From Tissierellia bacterium (GTDB taxonomy: Bacteria; Bacillota; Clostridia; Tissierellales; Tissierellaceae), in NCBI GenBank assembly GCA_012728125.1, contig JAAYFT010000127.1, positions 862 to 64,861 on the forward strand: a stretch of DNA of 64,000 nucleotides, given 5' to 3'. Positions 29,725 through 39,168 of this stretch are shown piece after piece; the stretch's first letter is position 1, and each line of letters starts with the position of its first letter. A program made the translations under genes and the position numbers. Below the pieces are notes generated by a model that made no database searches, was not told the origin of the DNA, and was given only the letters and a program-made list of their open reading frames with translations.

Positions 29725-30495
29725 ATGGAGTATACAGTGCAAGGATTGGCTAAACTAGCTGGCGTTAGTACTAGAACTCTAAGATATTATGATGAAATTG
29801 GACTGCTTAAACCAGCAAGAGTCAACTCCTCAGGATATAGAATTTATGGAAGAAAAGAAGTAGATATCTTACAGCAAATAATGTTTTATAGAGAATTAGG
29901 TTTTAACCTCAATGCTATAAAGGAAATTGTAGGATCTGATGAATTTGATTTTGCAACTGCACTAAAAGAACATCGATTAGGTCTCCTAGAAAAAAGAGCT
30001 CAACTAGATAGATTGATAGCTAATGTGGAGAAAACCATATTAGCACTTGAAGGAGGAATAGAAATGTCAGATAAAGAGAAATTTGAAGGTTTTAAAGAAA
30101 GATTGATTAAGGAAAACGAAGAGAGATTTGGAGATGAAGTAAGGGAAAAATATGGCGAAGAGGCCTTAAAAAGGTCAAATGAAGCTTTTAGAAAGATGAC
30201 AAAGGAAGAATATGATGAACTTGCTAAATTAAGTGAGGAAGTATTATCTACCTTGTATGAAGCACTTAAAACTGGTGATCCTTCAAGCCCATTGGCTCAA
30301 AAAGCTGCAGACTTGCATAAACAATGGATAACTTTCTGTTGGGGAACTTATGATAAAGAAGCCCATGCTAATCTTGCCCAAATGTATGTTGATGATGTAA
30401 GATTTACAGAATACTACGATAAGGATAATCCAGGTGCAGCTAAGTTTCTAAGGGATGCAATATGGATTTATACAGGAAGAGACACATTGGTATAG
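29725..30495 (+). CDS. MerR-family transcriptional regulator, TipA class (HTH plus TipAS-like effector domain)
   Basis: YTVQGLAKLAGVSTRTLRYYDEIGLLKPARVNSSGYRIYGRKEVDILQQIMFYRELGFNLNAIKEI is a canonical MerR HTH. The C-terminal half with WGTYDKEAHANLAQMYVDDVRFTEYYD resembles the TipAS antibiotic-recognition domain. Confidence 0.9.
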   Translation: MEYTVQGLAKLAGVSTRTLRYYDEIGLLKPARVNSSGYRIYGRKEVDILQQIMFYRELGFNLNAIKEIVGSDEFDFATALKEHRLGLLEKRAQLDRLIANVEKTILALEGGIEMSDKEKFEGFKERLIKENEERFGDEVREKYGEEALKRSNEAFRKMTKEEYDELAKLSEEVLSTLYEALKTGDPSSPLAQKAADLHKQWITFCWGTYDKEAHANLAQMYVDDVRFTEYYDKDNPGAAKFLRDAIWIYTGRDTLV

Positions 30496-30530
30496 TTAAA
30501 TAACTTAAAGCCCTTTTATTAATATTGTTG

Positions 30531-30574
30531 GCTCTTTTTTGGGAAAATATAAAGTCCTGAAAAAGAGCTTTTTT
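30531..30574 (+). terminator. intrinsic terminator after the MerR-family gene
   Basis: GCTCTTTTT (30531-30539) / AAAAAGAGC (30560-30568), then T6. The loop is rather large (20 nt). Confidence 0.6.
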
Positions 30575-30594
30575 ATTAGATATTGGATTAATCA

Positions 30595-30921
30595 ATGTTC
30601 TATTATAAAATAAATAGTAGATTACCCTATTTTAAAGGCTCTTCCATAGATTAGAATGACATAATGACCGATGGACATACTAGAACCTGTTATTTAGTTG
30701 AGCAAGGATATGAGTATATTCCTACAGTATAGGAAAAGGACCAACTAGATTGGGAGGCTTATAGAATTAATGTTAAAGATAGTAAAATTAGAAGTGTTTA
30801 CTCAGCAAAAGATTTAATAAAATGTATCCTTCCAAGGGAAGGCTTCCAAGAGAAATGGAATAAATATTGTGATGACGTCCATAGGAGACTGGCTTATGAG
30901 AAAAATCAAGGGAATTATTAA
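30595..30921 (+). pseudogene. coding-frame remnant of about 108 codons interrupted by two in-frame TAG codons; function unknown
   Basis: The frame from ATG 30595 to TAA 30919-30921 has no TAA or TGA, but has TAG at 30652-30654 and 30730-30732. It reads MFYYKINSRLPYFKGSSID*NDIMTDGHTRTCYLVEQGYEYIPTV*EKDQLDWEAYRINVKDSKIRSVYSAKDLIKCILPREGFQEKWNKYCDDVHRRLAYEKNQGNY. There is no SD before either ATG. Confidence 0.35.
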
Positions 30922-30988
30922 ATTCTTATAGAAAGGAAAGTTTAGTAGAACTTAGGAAAAATAAAAAAGGTACCAAATCACTATATTT

Positions 30989-31032
30989 TGCTTAATTAAA
31001 GTTATACAAAACCCTGCTTAATTATGTTATAC
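30989..31032 (+). repeat. imperfect tandem direct repeat TGCTTAATTA-(AA/T)-GTTATAC upstream of the small-TM/HlyD-like gene pair
   Basis: Copy 1 is at 30989-31007 and copy 2 at 31015-31032. Copy 2 contains an extended -10-like TGtTATACT. Confidence 0.5.
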
Positions 31033-31062
31033 TATGACTATAGAACTGTTGGAGGTGTTGAT

Positions 31063-31434
31063 TTGCTAGATTTTATAACGACTATTTTGATACTATTATT
31101 CATTGCAAGTATATTTGGATATATATTTACAATACTGAAAGAAAAATTATATTTAAAGAATAATATAATCTTCATAGATAAAAAAGTAGTTACTGAAGAA
31201 CACTTGAATGAAGCAGATTTAAAAGAATTTCTATTAGATGGACTAAGGGTTAAGGCTGGCGATGAAATAAAAGTTGTAACAAAAGAAAATAAAAAATATA
31301 ATGGTATATTATTGGGAGCAAAACTGAAGGAAAAGCAAATCTTAATGGTTACCTATAAGGACGAAATTAAGCTCTTTAAAATAGATAATATATTAAAATT
31401 CAAATTGGTTCGTAAATATGGTAATTTCTTTTAA
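31063..31434 (+). CDS. hypothetical small membrane-anchored protein (about 123 aa)
   Basis: TTG 31063 lies 6 nt after GGAGG; the ORF-track ATG 31024 lies inside the repeat/promoter region with no SD. One N-terminal TM (ITTILILLFIASIFGYIFTIL) and a Lys-rich beta-looking C-terminal domain. Confidence 0.6.
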   Translation: MLDFITTILILLFIASIFGYIFTILKEKLYLKNNIIFIDKKVVTEEHLNEADLKEFLLDGLRVKAGDEIKVVTKENKKYNGILLGAKLKEKQILMVTYKDEIKLFKIDNILKFKLVRKYGNFF

Positions 31435-31459
31435 GTAAAGCTTAGAAGGGTGAAAATTA

Positions 31460-32746
31460 ATGGCTTACGAAAGAATAAAAAAACAGAAAAAGAGGAGAAA
31501 GCTATTTAGAGGTATAATAATATCATCAATATTTATATTTATCCTCTTTAGATCTGTACCCTCTATTTTAGCGAATAATTCAAAAACAGTATTACCAGAA
31601 AAAGGGACTTTAATAGATACTATTTCTGCACAAGGCTTCCTAATAAAAAATGAAACTGTAGTTAAATCAAAGAATGTAGGCCAATTAGAAAGAATTACTA
31701 CTGAAGGAGATAGATTACCAGCAGGGCAGGAAATTGCCATAGTAAAATCAAATGATGAAAATTCTCATTTAATTCAGGAATTAGAACTGGTAGAAAGCTC
31801 TATTGATGCTTTAAAGAAGACTCAAAATGAAGCAAAAATTATCTTAGACGAAAAGACTAAAATAGAAGATTTGAAAGTATCCTTAGTAGATGAAATTCAA
31901 AACAATATAAGTACAGGAAATTTTCAAGAAATCTATTTATTAAAAGAGCAATTAGCCTTATATCATGAAAAATCTGAAGGCATGCCTTTTACCAATACCT
32001 TAGTTGGACAAAGTTTAGAGAAATTAGAGGGTAAAAAGGAAGAAATACTTTCAATTTTGGAAAACAATAATATAAAATATTATTCTCCCCATGGAGGAAT
32101 TGTCTCTTTTCAGATAGATGGATATGAGGAAATCTTTTTACCAAAGGATTTTGATAACTATACCTATGATAAGCTAGTCTTAAAGAGTAAAACCAATGAA
32201 AAAAATAAAGATAATGTAAATGTAACTTTGAATATGCCAATATGCAAAATAATAGATAATTTTGAATGGTATATGGCAATGAAAGTAGAGAATATGAAGG
32301 AAGTCGAAGACTTTGAAGTAGGTAACTCAATTACTGTTATCCTAGGTAAGGACAAGCATGAAATAAGGGGAAGAATTATTGCAATAAATGAAACAGATGA
32401 AAAGGGAGTAATAGTTGCAAAATTTAATACAATGCTACATGAATTCTATGATTTAAGAGTTTCCCATATACAGATTATTAAAAGTAAAAAAGAAGGGTAT
32501 AAAATCCCTACCAAGGCAATTGTAGAAAATGATTCAGTTAAGGGAGTCTACATAAAGGATAAAAGTGGAATAGTTAAATTTAGGCCTGTTAATATTATCG
32601 GAGAAGATAGCAATTATACCTATGTTGATATAGGCGATAATAAGGGTAATATAAAGATTAAAGATGAACTAGTAAAAACAATTACCTTATTTGATGAAAT
32701 ATTTGTAAATACAAATAATATTAAAGAAGGACAAATATTAAATTGA
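31460..32746 (+). CDS. HlyD-family (membrane-fusion/periplasmic-adaptor-like) protein
   Basis: N-terminal TM, long coiled-coil middle (ELELVESSIDALKKTQNEAK...), C-terminal beta-barrel motif GYKIPTKAIVENDSVKGVYIKDKSGIVKFRPVNIIGED. No transporter gene is adjacent. Confidence 0.7.
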   Translation: MAYERIKKQKKRRKLFRGIIISSIFIFILFRSVPSILANNSKTVLPEKGTLIDTISAQGFLIKNETVVKSKNVGQLERITTEGDRLPAGQEIAIVKSNDENSHLIQELELVESSIDALKKTQNEAKIILDEKTKIEDLKVSLVDEIQNNISTGNFQEIYLLKEQLALYHEKSEGMPFTNTLVGQSLEKLEGKKEEILSILENNNIKYYSPHGGIVSFQIDGYEEIFLPKDFDNYTYDKLVLKSKTNEKNKDNVNVTLNMPICKIIDNFEWYMAMKVENMKEVEDFEVGNSITVILGKDKHEIRGRIIAINETDEKGVIVAKFNTMLHEFYDLRVSHIQIIKSKKEGYKIPTKAIVENDSVKGVYIKDKSGIVKFRPVNIIGEDSNYTYVDIGDNKGNIKIKDELVKTITLFDEIFVNTNNIKEGQILN

Positions 32747-33453
32747 CAACGGAGGGGATAAAAATCAGTATTGAAACAAATATTTTAACCATAAAAAAAA
32801 ATATAGAGAAGGCATTAATAAAATCTGGTAGAGAAGGTGATGAAGTCCAACTTATAGCAGTCACTAAAACAGTGGATGTTCAGAGGATTAATGAGGCTAT
32901 TGATGCAGGAATAACTAGTATTGGCGAGAATAGAACTAATGAAATTGTTGAAAAATACAACCTCATAGGTAATAAAGTCGATTTCCATATGATAGGTCAC
33001 CTACAGACTAATAAGGTGAAATATATCCTAGGGAAAACAAAACTAATTCATTCTTTAGATAGGCTCTCCTTAGCTAAAGAATTAGATAAAAGATCTAAGA
33101 ATAATGACATAATTACAGATGTCTTATTACAAGTTAATGTAGCAGAAGAAGAGAGTAAATTTGGATTAAGGTTAGATGAGGTCTTATATTTTATAGAAGA
33201 CATATTAGAATTTACCAACATTAGGGTAAGAGGCTTGATGACCATAGCCCCTTATACAGAGGATAAGGCCTTATTAAGGAATGTTTTTAGAAGCCTTTAC
33301 AAACTAAAGGAAGATATAAAGGGCAGAAAATACGAAGGTATATACATGGATTATTTATCTATGGGAATGTCTAATGATTATGAAATAGCCATTGAAGAAG
33401 GTTCCAATATGGTGAGAATTGGATCTTCAATCTTTGGTAAAAGAAATTACTAG
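32743..33453 (+). CDS. YggS-family pyridoxal-phosphate homeostasis protein (YlmE)
   Basis: LIAVTKTV (PLP lysine), IGENRTNE, HMIGHLQTNKVKY, LSMGMSNDYEIAIEEGSNMVRIGSSIFG. Confidence 0.94.
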   Translation: MTTEGIKISIETNILTIKKNIEKALIKSGREGDEVQLIAVTKTVDVQRINEAIDAGITSIGENRTNEIVEKYNLIGNKVDFHMIGHLQTNKVKYILGKTKLIHSLDRLSLAKELDKRSKNNDIITDVLLQVNVAEEESKFGLRLDEVLYFIEDILEFTNIRVRGLMTIAPYTEDKALLRNVFRSLYKLKEDIKGRKYEGIYMDYLSMGMSNDYEIAIEEGSNMVRIGSSIFGKRNY

Positions 33454-33463
33454 GAGGGATATA

Positions 33464-33901
33464 ATGAGTAACTTTATGGACAAAGTAAAGTATTTTATTG
33501 GGATTCAGGATTTAGAGGATGAAGAAAGGTATGAAGAGCTAGAAGAGAATGAGGACTATGAAATGGAAGTCCCTACAACCATGAAAAAATTTAATAATAA
33601 AATCGTAAATATCCATACTAATAGTAATATGAAGATTGTAGTCCATGAACCCCTTACCTATGAAGATGCACCTAAGATAATCGATGATTTAAAAGCTAGA
33701 AAAACTGTAATCGTTAATCTTGAAGAAACAGAACTTAACTTAAAGAAACAAATTTTCCACTTTATTAGTGGAGGACTCTACGCAATGGAAGGTAATATTC
33801 AAAAAGTTACTACTGATATTTTTATATTTGCTCCCAAAAATGTTGAAATCGATGGTTTAAAAGATGATTTAGCAAGTAGGGGAATATTTAATTGGCAATA
33901 A
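33464..33901 (+). CDS. sepF: cell division protein SepF
   Basis: ATG 33464 follows AGGAGGG. It has a short N-terminal amphipathic segment (MSNFMDKVKYFIG), an acidic linker and the C-terminal core IVVHEPLTYEDAPKIIDDLKARKTVIVNLEE... Confidence 0.92.
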   Translation: MSNFMDKVKYFIGIQDLEDEERYEELEENEDYEMEVPTTMKKFNNKIVNIHTNSNMKIVVHEPLTYEDAPKIIDDLKARKTVIVNLEETELNLKKQIFHFISGGLYAMEGNIQKVTTDIFIFAPKNVEIDGLKDDLASRGIFNWQ

Positions 33902-33913
33902 GTTAGGAAGTGT

Positions 33914-34186
33914 ATGGAAATGTCGTTACTGTATTGGTCCATCAACAAATTAATATACATAATTGAAATACTAATCTTAGTCAGAATCGTTATTTCATTT
34001 CTAAATATTGGGAATAGGTCTCTTATTTCTAAACTTGTATATGAAATGACAGAGCCAGTCCTCTGGCCCTCTAGGGAATTGATTTATAAGCTGGGTATAA
34101 ATACTGGTATGTTTGACTTTTCTCCATTGGTAGCAATTTTAATTCTTAGAATAATCGATACCCTGGCTAGAGCCATATTATTATAG
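33914..34186 (+). CDS. YggT family membrane protein (YlmG)
   Basis: 90 aa with two TM segments and the EPVLWPSRELI motif typical of YggT. It follows sepF. Confidence 0.85.
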   Translation: MEMSLLYWSINKLIYIIEILILVRIVISFLNIGNRSLISKLVYEMTEPVLWPSRELIYKLGINTGMFDFSPLVAILILRIIDTLARAILL

Positions 34187-34194
34187 GAGATACT

Positions 34195-34980
34195 ATGAAG
34201 ATTAATAGGGATATTTATACTGCTCATATAAAGGACAAAGAAAAAGTCCTAGATATGAGAAAAGTTATAGACAAAATAGAAATTGTAATTAATAACCATG
34301 TAACTGAAGCTACAGATTTTTTCGATCCATATGAAAGATATTTAGCTAAATCCATATTAAATAGGTTTATGGAAATAGATTATCTTGAAGCAGGGGGGGG
34401 TTCCTCTGCTGAAAGAAAAATCATGGTTATTTTTCCCAGTTATTTAGATGCCAGCATTGTTCCAGAATACTTAACTTATTTAAGGATAAAAGGACATATA
34501 GAAGGACTGACTCATAAGGATTATTTAGGTGCTATTTTGGGGTTAGGGATAAAAAGATCTAAAGTAGGAGATATCTTAGTTCATGAAACTCATACTGATA
34601 TTATATTAAAAGAAGAAATTAGTGAATTTATATTGCTTAATTTGGAGAAAATAGGTAATAGGAAGGTTTCCATAGAGGAGGTTACCTGTAGCCAATTAGA
34701 AGAACCAGAAATAACCTATAAGGAAATAAAGAAAACCTTATCTTCCTATAGGCTTGATGTATATATAAGTGCAGCCTACAATTTAACTAGACAAGATAGT
34801 TTAGATTTAATTAAATCTGGGTACGTAAAAGTAAACTGGGAACCTATAGATAAAAGCTCAAAGGAATTGACTGAAGGTGATATAATATCAGTTAGAGGAT
34901 ATGGACGATCAATTCTTCACTCTGTTGAAGGGGTAAGTAAAAAAGGTAGGATAATAGCTTATATTAAATTAATATTGTAA
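34195..34980 (+). CDS. ylmH: YlmH-family RNA-binding protein (S4 domain)
   Basis: FFDPYE..., GG..AERK motif (EAGGGSSAERK), C-terminal S4 domain (RLDVYISAAYNLTRQDSLDLIKSGYVKVNW). Located between yggT and divIVA. Confidence 0.87.
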   Translation: MKINRDIYTAHIKDKEKVLDMRKVIDKIEIVINNHVTEATDFFDPYERYLAKSILNRFMEIDYLEAGGGSSAERKIMVIFPSYLDASIVPEYLTYLRIKGHIEGLTHKDYLGAILGLGIKRSKVGDILVHETHTDIILKEEISEFILLNLEKIGNRKVSIEEVTCSQLEEPEITYKEIKKTLSSYRLDVYISAAYNLTRQDSLDLIKSGYVKVNWEPIDKSSKELTEGDIISVRGYGRSILHSVEGVSKKGRIIAYIKLIL

Positions 34981-34994
34981 ATGGAGTGAGACAA

Positions 34995-35588
34995 ATGATA
35001 ACGCCTTTAGATATTCAAAATAAGGAATTTAAGAAATCATTGGTTGGGTATAAAACCAAAGAAGTGGATGCCTACTTAGATTCTATCAATGAAGATTATG
35101 AAAAACTGTACAAGGAAAATATTGAGCTAAAAGATAAAATTAGTATTTTAAATGATCAAATTAGGCAGTATAATAACCTAGAAGAAACCCTTAAAAGCAC
35201 CCTAGTAATAGCCCAAAGCACAGCAGACGAGGTAACTAGTTCTGCTAGAAAAAAGGCAGAGCTAATCATTGAGGATGCAGAAATAACTGCAAAAAATAAG
35301 ATCAACGAAGCCCTTGATGAGGTAAGTAAAATAATGACTGAATATGAAAATCTAAAGAGAGAAATTTATATTTTTAAGACCAGATACGAGTCCTTTATTA
35401 AGGCTCAATTAATTTCTTTAGAAGAGTTTTATAGCAATTTTGAGGAAAAGATTAATAAAGAGGATGATGAAGAGCTATTTGTCAAAGGTGATGATATTAA
35501 AGAAGTTGATCAACATAAGAAAAATGGTGTAGGAATTATGAAAGATTTGGATCATAATATTGAAGAAGTTGATCATCTAGGGGCATAA
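34995..35588 (+). CDS. divIVA: DivIVA domain-containing cell division protein
   Basis: MITPLDIQNKEFKKSLVGYKTKEVDAYLD is the canonical DivIVA N-terminus, followed by coiled coil. ATG 34995 follows GGAGTGA. Confidence 0.93.
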   Translation: MITPLDIQNKEFKKSLVGYKTKEVDAYLDSINEDYEKLYKENIELKDKISILNDQIRQYNNLEETLKSTLVIAQSTADEVTSSARKKAELIIEDAEITAKNKINEALDEVSKIMTEYENLKREIYIFKTRYESFIKAQLISLEEFYSNFEEKINKEDDEELFVKGDDIKEVDQHKKNGVGIMKDLDHNIEEVDHLGA

Positions 35589-35631
35589 TAGCCTCTTTTT
35601 CATTATAGGGAATTAAGTTGGAGGAAGAGAA

Positions 35632-36384
35632 ATGACAAAGAACATTAAAATAGATGAGGAAATAATTATAGGAGATGGAAGTTTTACCATTATAGCAGGA
35701 CCCTGTGCCATTGAAAACAGAGACCAAATGGAAAATACTGGGGCCCTTCTTTCAAAGCTTGGTGTAAAAATAATTAGGGGTGGGGCCTTTAAGCCTAGGA
35801 CTAGTCCTAAATCCTTTCAGGGAATGGGATTAGAAGGATTAAAGATGATGGCTGAAATAAAATCAAAATATAAGCTTAAATTTATTTCTGAAATAATGGA
35901 TCCTAGGGATATAGAAATGGCCTATGATTATATAGATATAATTCAAATTGGCTCTAGAAATATGCAAAACTTCTCCTTGTTAAAGGAAGTAGGCAAAACA
36001 AATAAGCCCGTAATGCTAAAAAGGGGCATGAGTGCCACAATAAAAGAATGGATCATGGCAGCAGAATATATCAGGTTAGAAGGTAACGAAAAAATTATCC
36101 TGTGTGAAAGGGGAATTAGGACCTTTGAAGATTATACTAGGAACACTCTTGATTTAATGAGTATTCCAATTTTGAAAGAAATATCAGATTATCCAGTTTT
36201 TGTAGATCCATCCCATGGGACAGGAAGAAGGGAATTGGTTCTTCCAGCTTCAAAAGCAGCAAAGGCTTTAAATGCCGATGGAATCATTGTAGAAATTCAT
36301 CCTAATCCAGATGAAGCCTTATCCGATGGGTGTCAATCTTTAAACTTTAATGAATTTGAAAATTTATTTAATGAAATAATGTAA
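35632..36384 (+). CDS. 3-deoxy-7-phosphoheptulonate (DAHP) synthase, type I-beta, catalytic core only
   Basis: IIAGPCAIENRDQ, IRGGAFKPRTSPKSFQGMGLEGL, QIGSRNMQNF, MLKRG, DPSHGTGRR. Confidence 0.85.
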   Translation: MTKNIKIDEEIIIGDGSFTIIAGPCAIENRDQMENTGALLSKLGVKIIRGGAFKPRTSPKSFQGMGLEGLKMMAEIKSKYKLKFISEIMDPRDIEMAYDYIDIIQIGSRNMQNFSLLKEVGKTNKPVMLKRGMSATIKEWIMAAEYIRLEGNEKIILCERGIRTFEDYTRNTLDLMSIPILKEISDYPVFVDPSHGTGRRELVLPASKAAKALNADGIIVEIHPNPDEALSDGCQSLNFNEFENLFNEIM

Positions 36385-36386
36385 AA

Positions 36387-36447
36387 TTATGTTATCTAAT
36401 AAGATGAAATCTTTGCCTCTGTCCTGGTTATATTATCTAACAAGATG
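36387..36447 (+). repeat. two copies of a 20-nt direct repeat TTAT(G/A)TTATCTAA(T/C)AAGATG upstream of the yteA-like gene
   Basis: Copy 1 is at 36387-36406 and copy 2 at 36428-36447, 18/20 identical, with starts 41 nt apart. Confidence 0.55.
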
Positions 36448-36478
36448 TAGCTATATATAACCATACGGAGGTAAAAAA

Positions 36479-37114
36479 ATGGATAAAAATAAATTAAAAT
36501 ATTTTAGAAAAAGATTGTTGGATGAAAAAAAGAGATTATTTAAAACCTTAAACAATATGAATAATATGGAAGAGTACGGATCCATGGATGTTTATTTAAG
36601 TGAACTTTCTAATTATGATAATCATCCTGCAGATAGTGGAACAGAGCTCTTCATGATGGAACAGGATAATGGTTTTAAAAATAGGATGAAAACCACTTTG
36701 TTAGAAATAGATGCTTCACTAGACGATATATCTAATAACAAGTACGGAATATGTAAAGAATGTGGTAAAAAAATTCCTGAAGACAGGTTAGATATTATTC
36801 CCTATGTAAAGACCTGTAAAGAATGTTCTGATGGCCTAGCTATTTTAGCCAACAACGAAATGGATAGAAGGACTTTTGTGCCTATTGATGAAGAAGAGGG
36901 CACATCCTTTGGTGATACTAAGGAAGACCTGGTTATATTCGATAGAGAAGATGCCTATCAGGCAGTTCATCAATATAATTATGTTAAAGATGATCCTTCC
37001 TTTCATACTGGTGATAATCTAGGCGTTGATGATGAAGAGGGTCATGATGGAGGAGACGGAGTAGAAGAAGTAGAAAATATTTCTCAAGAATATTATGATG
37101 AAACAATAAAATAG
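36479..37114 (+). CDS. TraR/DksA-family C4 zinc-finger protein, YteA-like
   Basis: NHPADSGTELFMMEQDNGF and CKECGKKIPEDRLDIIPYVKTCKEC (C4 finger), with an acidic C-terminal tail. Confidence 0.8.
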   Translation: MDKNKLKYFRKRLLDEKKRLFKTLNNMNNMEEYGSMDVYLSELSNYDNHPADSGTELFMMEQDNGFKNRMKTTLLEIDASLDDISNNKYGICKECGKKIPEDRLDIIPYVKTCKECSDGLAILANNEMDRRTFVPIDEEEGTSFGDTKEDLVIFDREDAYQAVHQYNYVKDDPSFHTGDNLGVDDEEGHDGGDGVEEVENISQEYYDETIK

Positions 37115-37140
37115 CCTTCTGGTTTTCCAGAAGGTTTCTT
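37115..37140 (+). terminator. intrinsic terminator
   Basis: CCTTCTGG-tttt-CCAGAAGG followed by TTTCTT. Confidence 0.75.
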
Positions 37141-37215
37141 AAGTTTCATCCTATTGATAATAACATGATAATAATATAAAATATTAAATATATTTTGGGA
37201 CTAGGAGGAATTGAT

Positions 37216-37671
37216 TTGGTATTCATTTTAACTGCAGCTATAGTTATATTAGATCAGGTTACAAAGATGTGGGCAATAAATACTTTAAAGGATGGGGGAG
37301 TAATTACGATTATTCCTAATTTCTTTAGGCTAGTATATGTAGAAAATTTTGGGGCAGCCTTTGGGATTTTACAAAATAGGAAATGGATATTTATTATAAT
37401 ATCAATAATAGTTATTATAGCTATTGTATTATTTATGTTGAAAAACTACAATAAACTAAATATAATTTTGAAAATTTCCTTGGCCATGCTATTAGGAGGA
37501 GCCATTGGAAATTTCATCGATAGGGTAAGGTTAGGTTATGTAGTAGATTTTTTAAGCTTTAGGCTATTTAATGCCTATGAATTTCCTGTGTTTAATGTGG
37601 CAGATATATTTATAGTTGTAAGTACTTTATTTATTTTAGTTTTAGTTTTGCTAAATAAGCATGAAATTTAG
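37216..37671 (+). CDS. lspA: lipoprotein signal peptidase II
   Basis: ILDQVTKMWA, NFGAAFG, GGAIGNFIDRVRLGYVVDF, FPVFNVADIFI. TTG 37216 lies 7 nt after AGGAGG. Confidence 0.93.
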   Translation: MVFILTAAIVILDQVTKMWAINTLKDGGVITIIPNFFRLVYVENFGAAFGILQNRKWIFIIISIIVIIAIVLFMLKNYNKLNIILKISLAMLLGGAIGNFIDRVRLGYVVDFLSFRLFNAYEFPVFNVADIFIVVSTLFILVLVLLNKHEI

Positions 37672-37680
37672 GAGGATTTA

Positions 37681-39145
<1,465 letters not shown>

Positions 39146-39168
<23 letters not shown>

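Noticed and set aside
30652-30732. Pyrrolysine or amber-suppression decoding of the two in-frame TAG codons.
   Set aside because: No pyl genes or methylamine methyltransferase context are visible in this window, there is no SD in front of the frame, and the locus is surrounded by other decayed DNA. I keep it only as a low-probability alternative in the finding.
29494-31062. Integrated mobile element or prophage remnant bounded by a repeat of the tRNA-Pro 3' end.
   Set aside because: By eye I found no second copy of the tRNA 3' half (..GGTTCAAATCCTGTCATCCCGA), no integrase or recombinase ORF and no transposase on either strand. The idea survives only as a weak inference in the accessory-patch finding.
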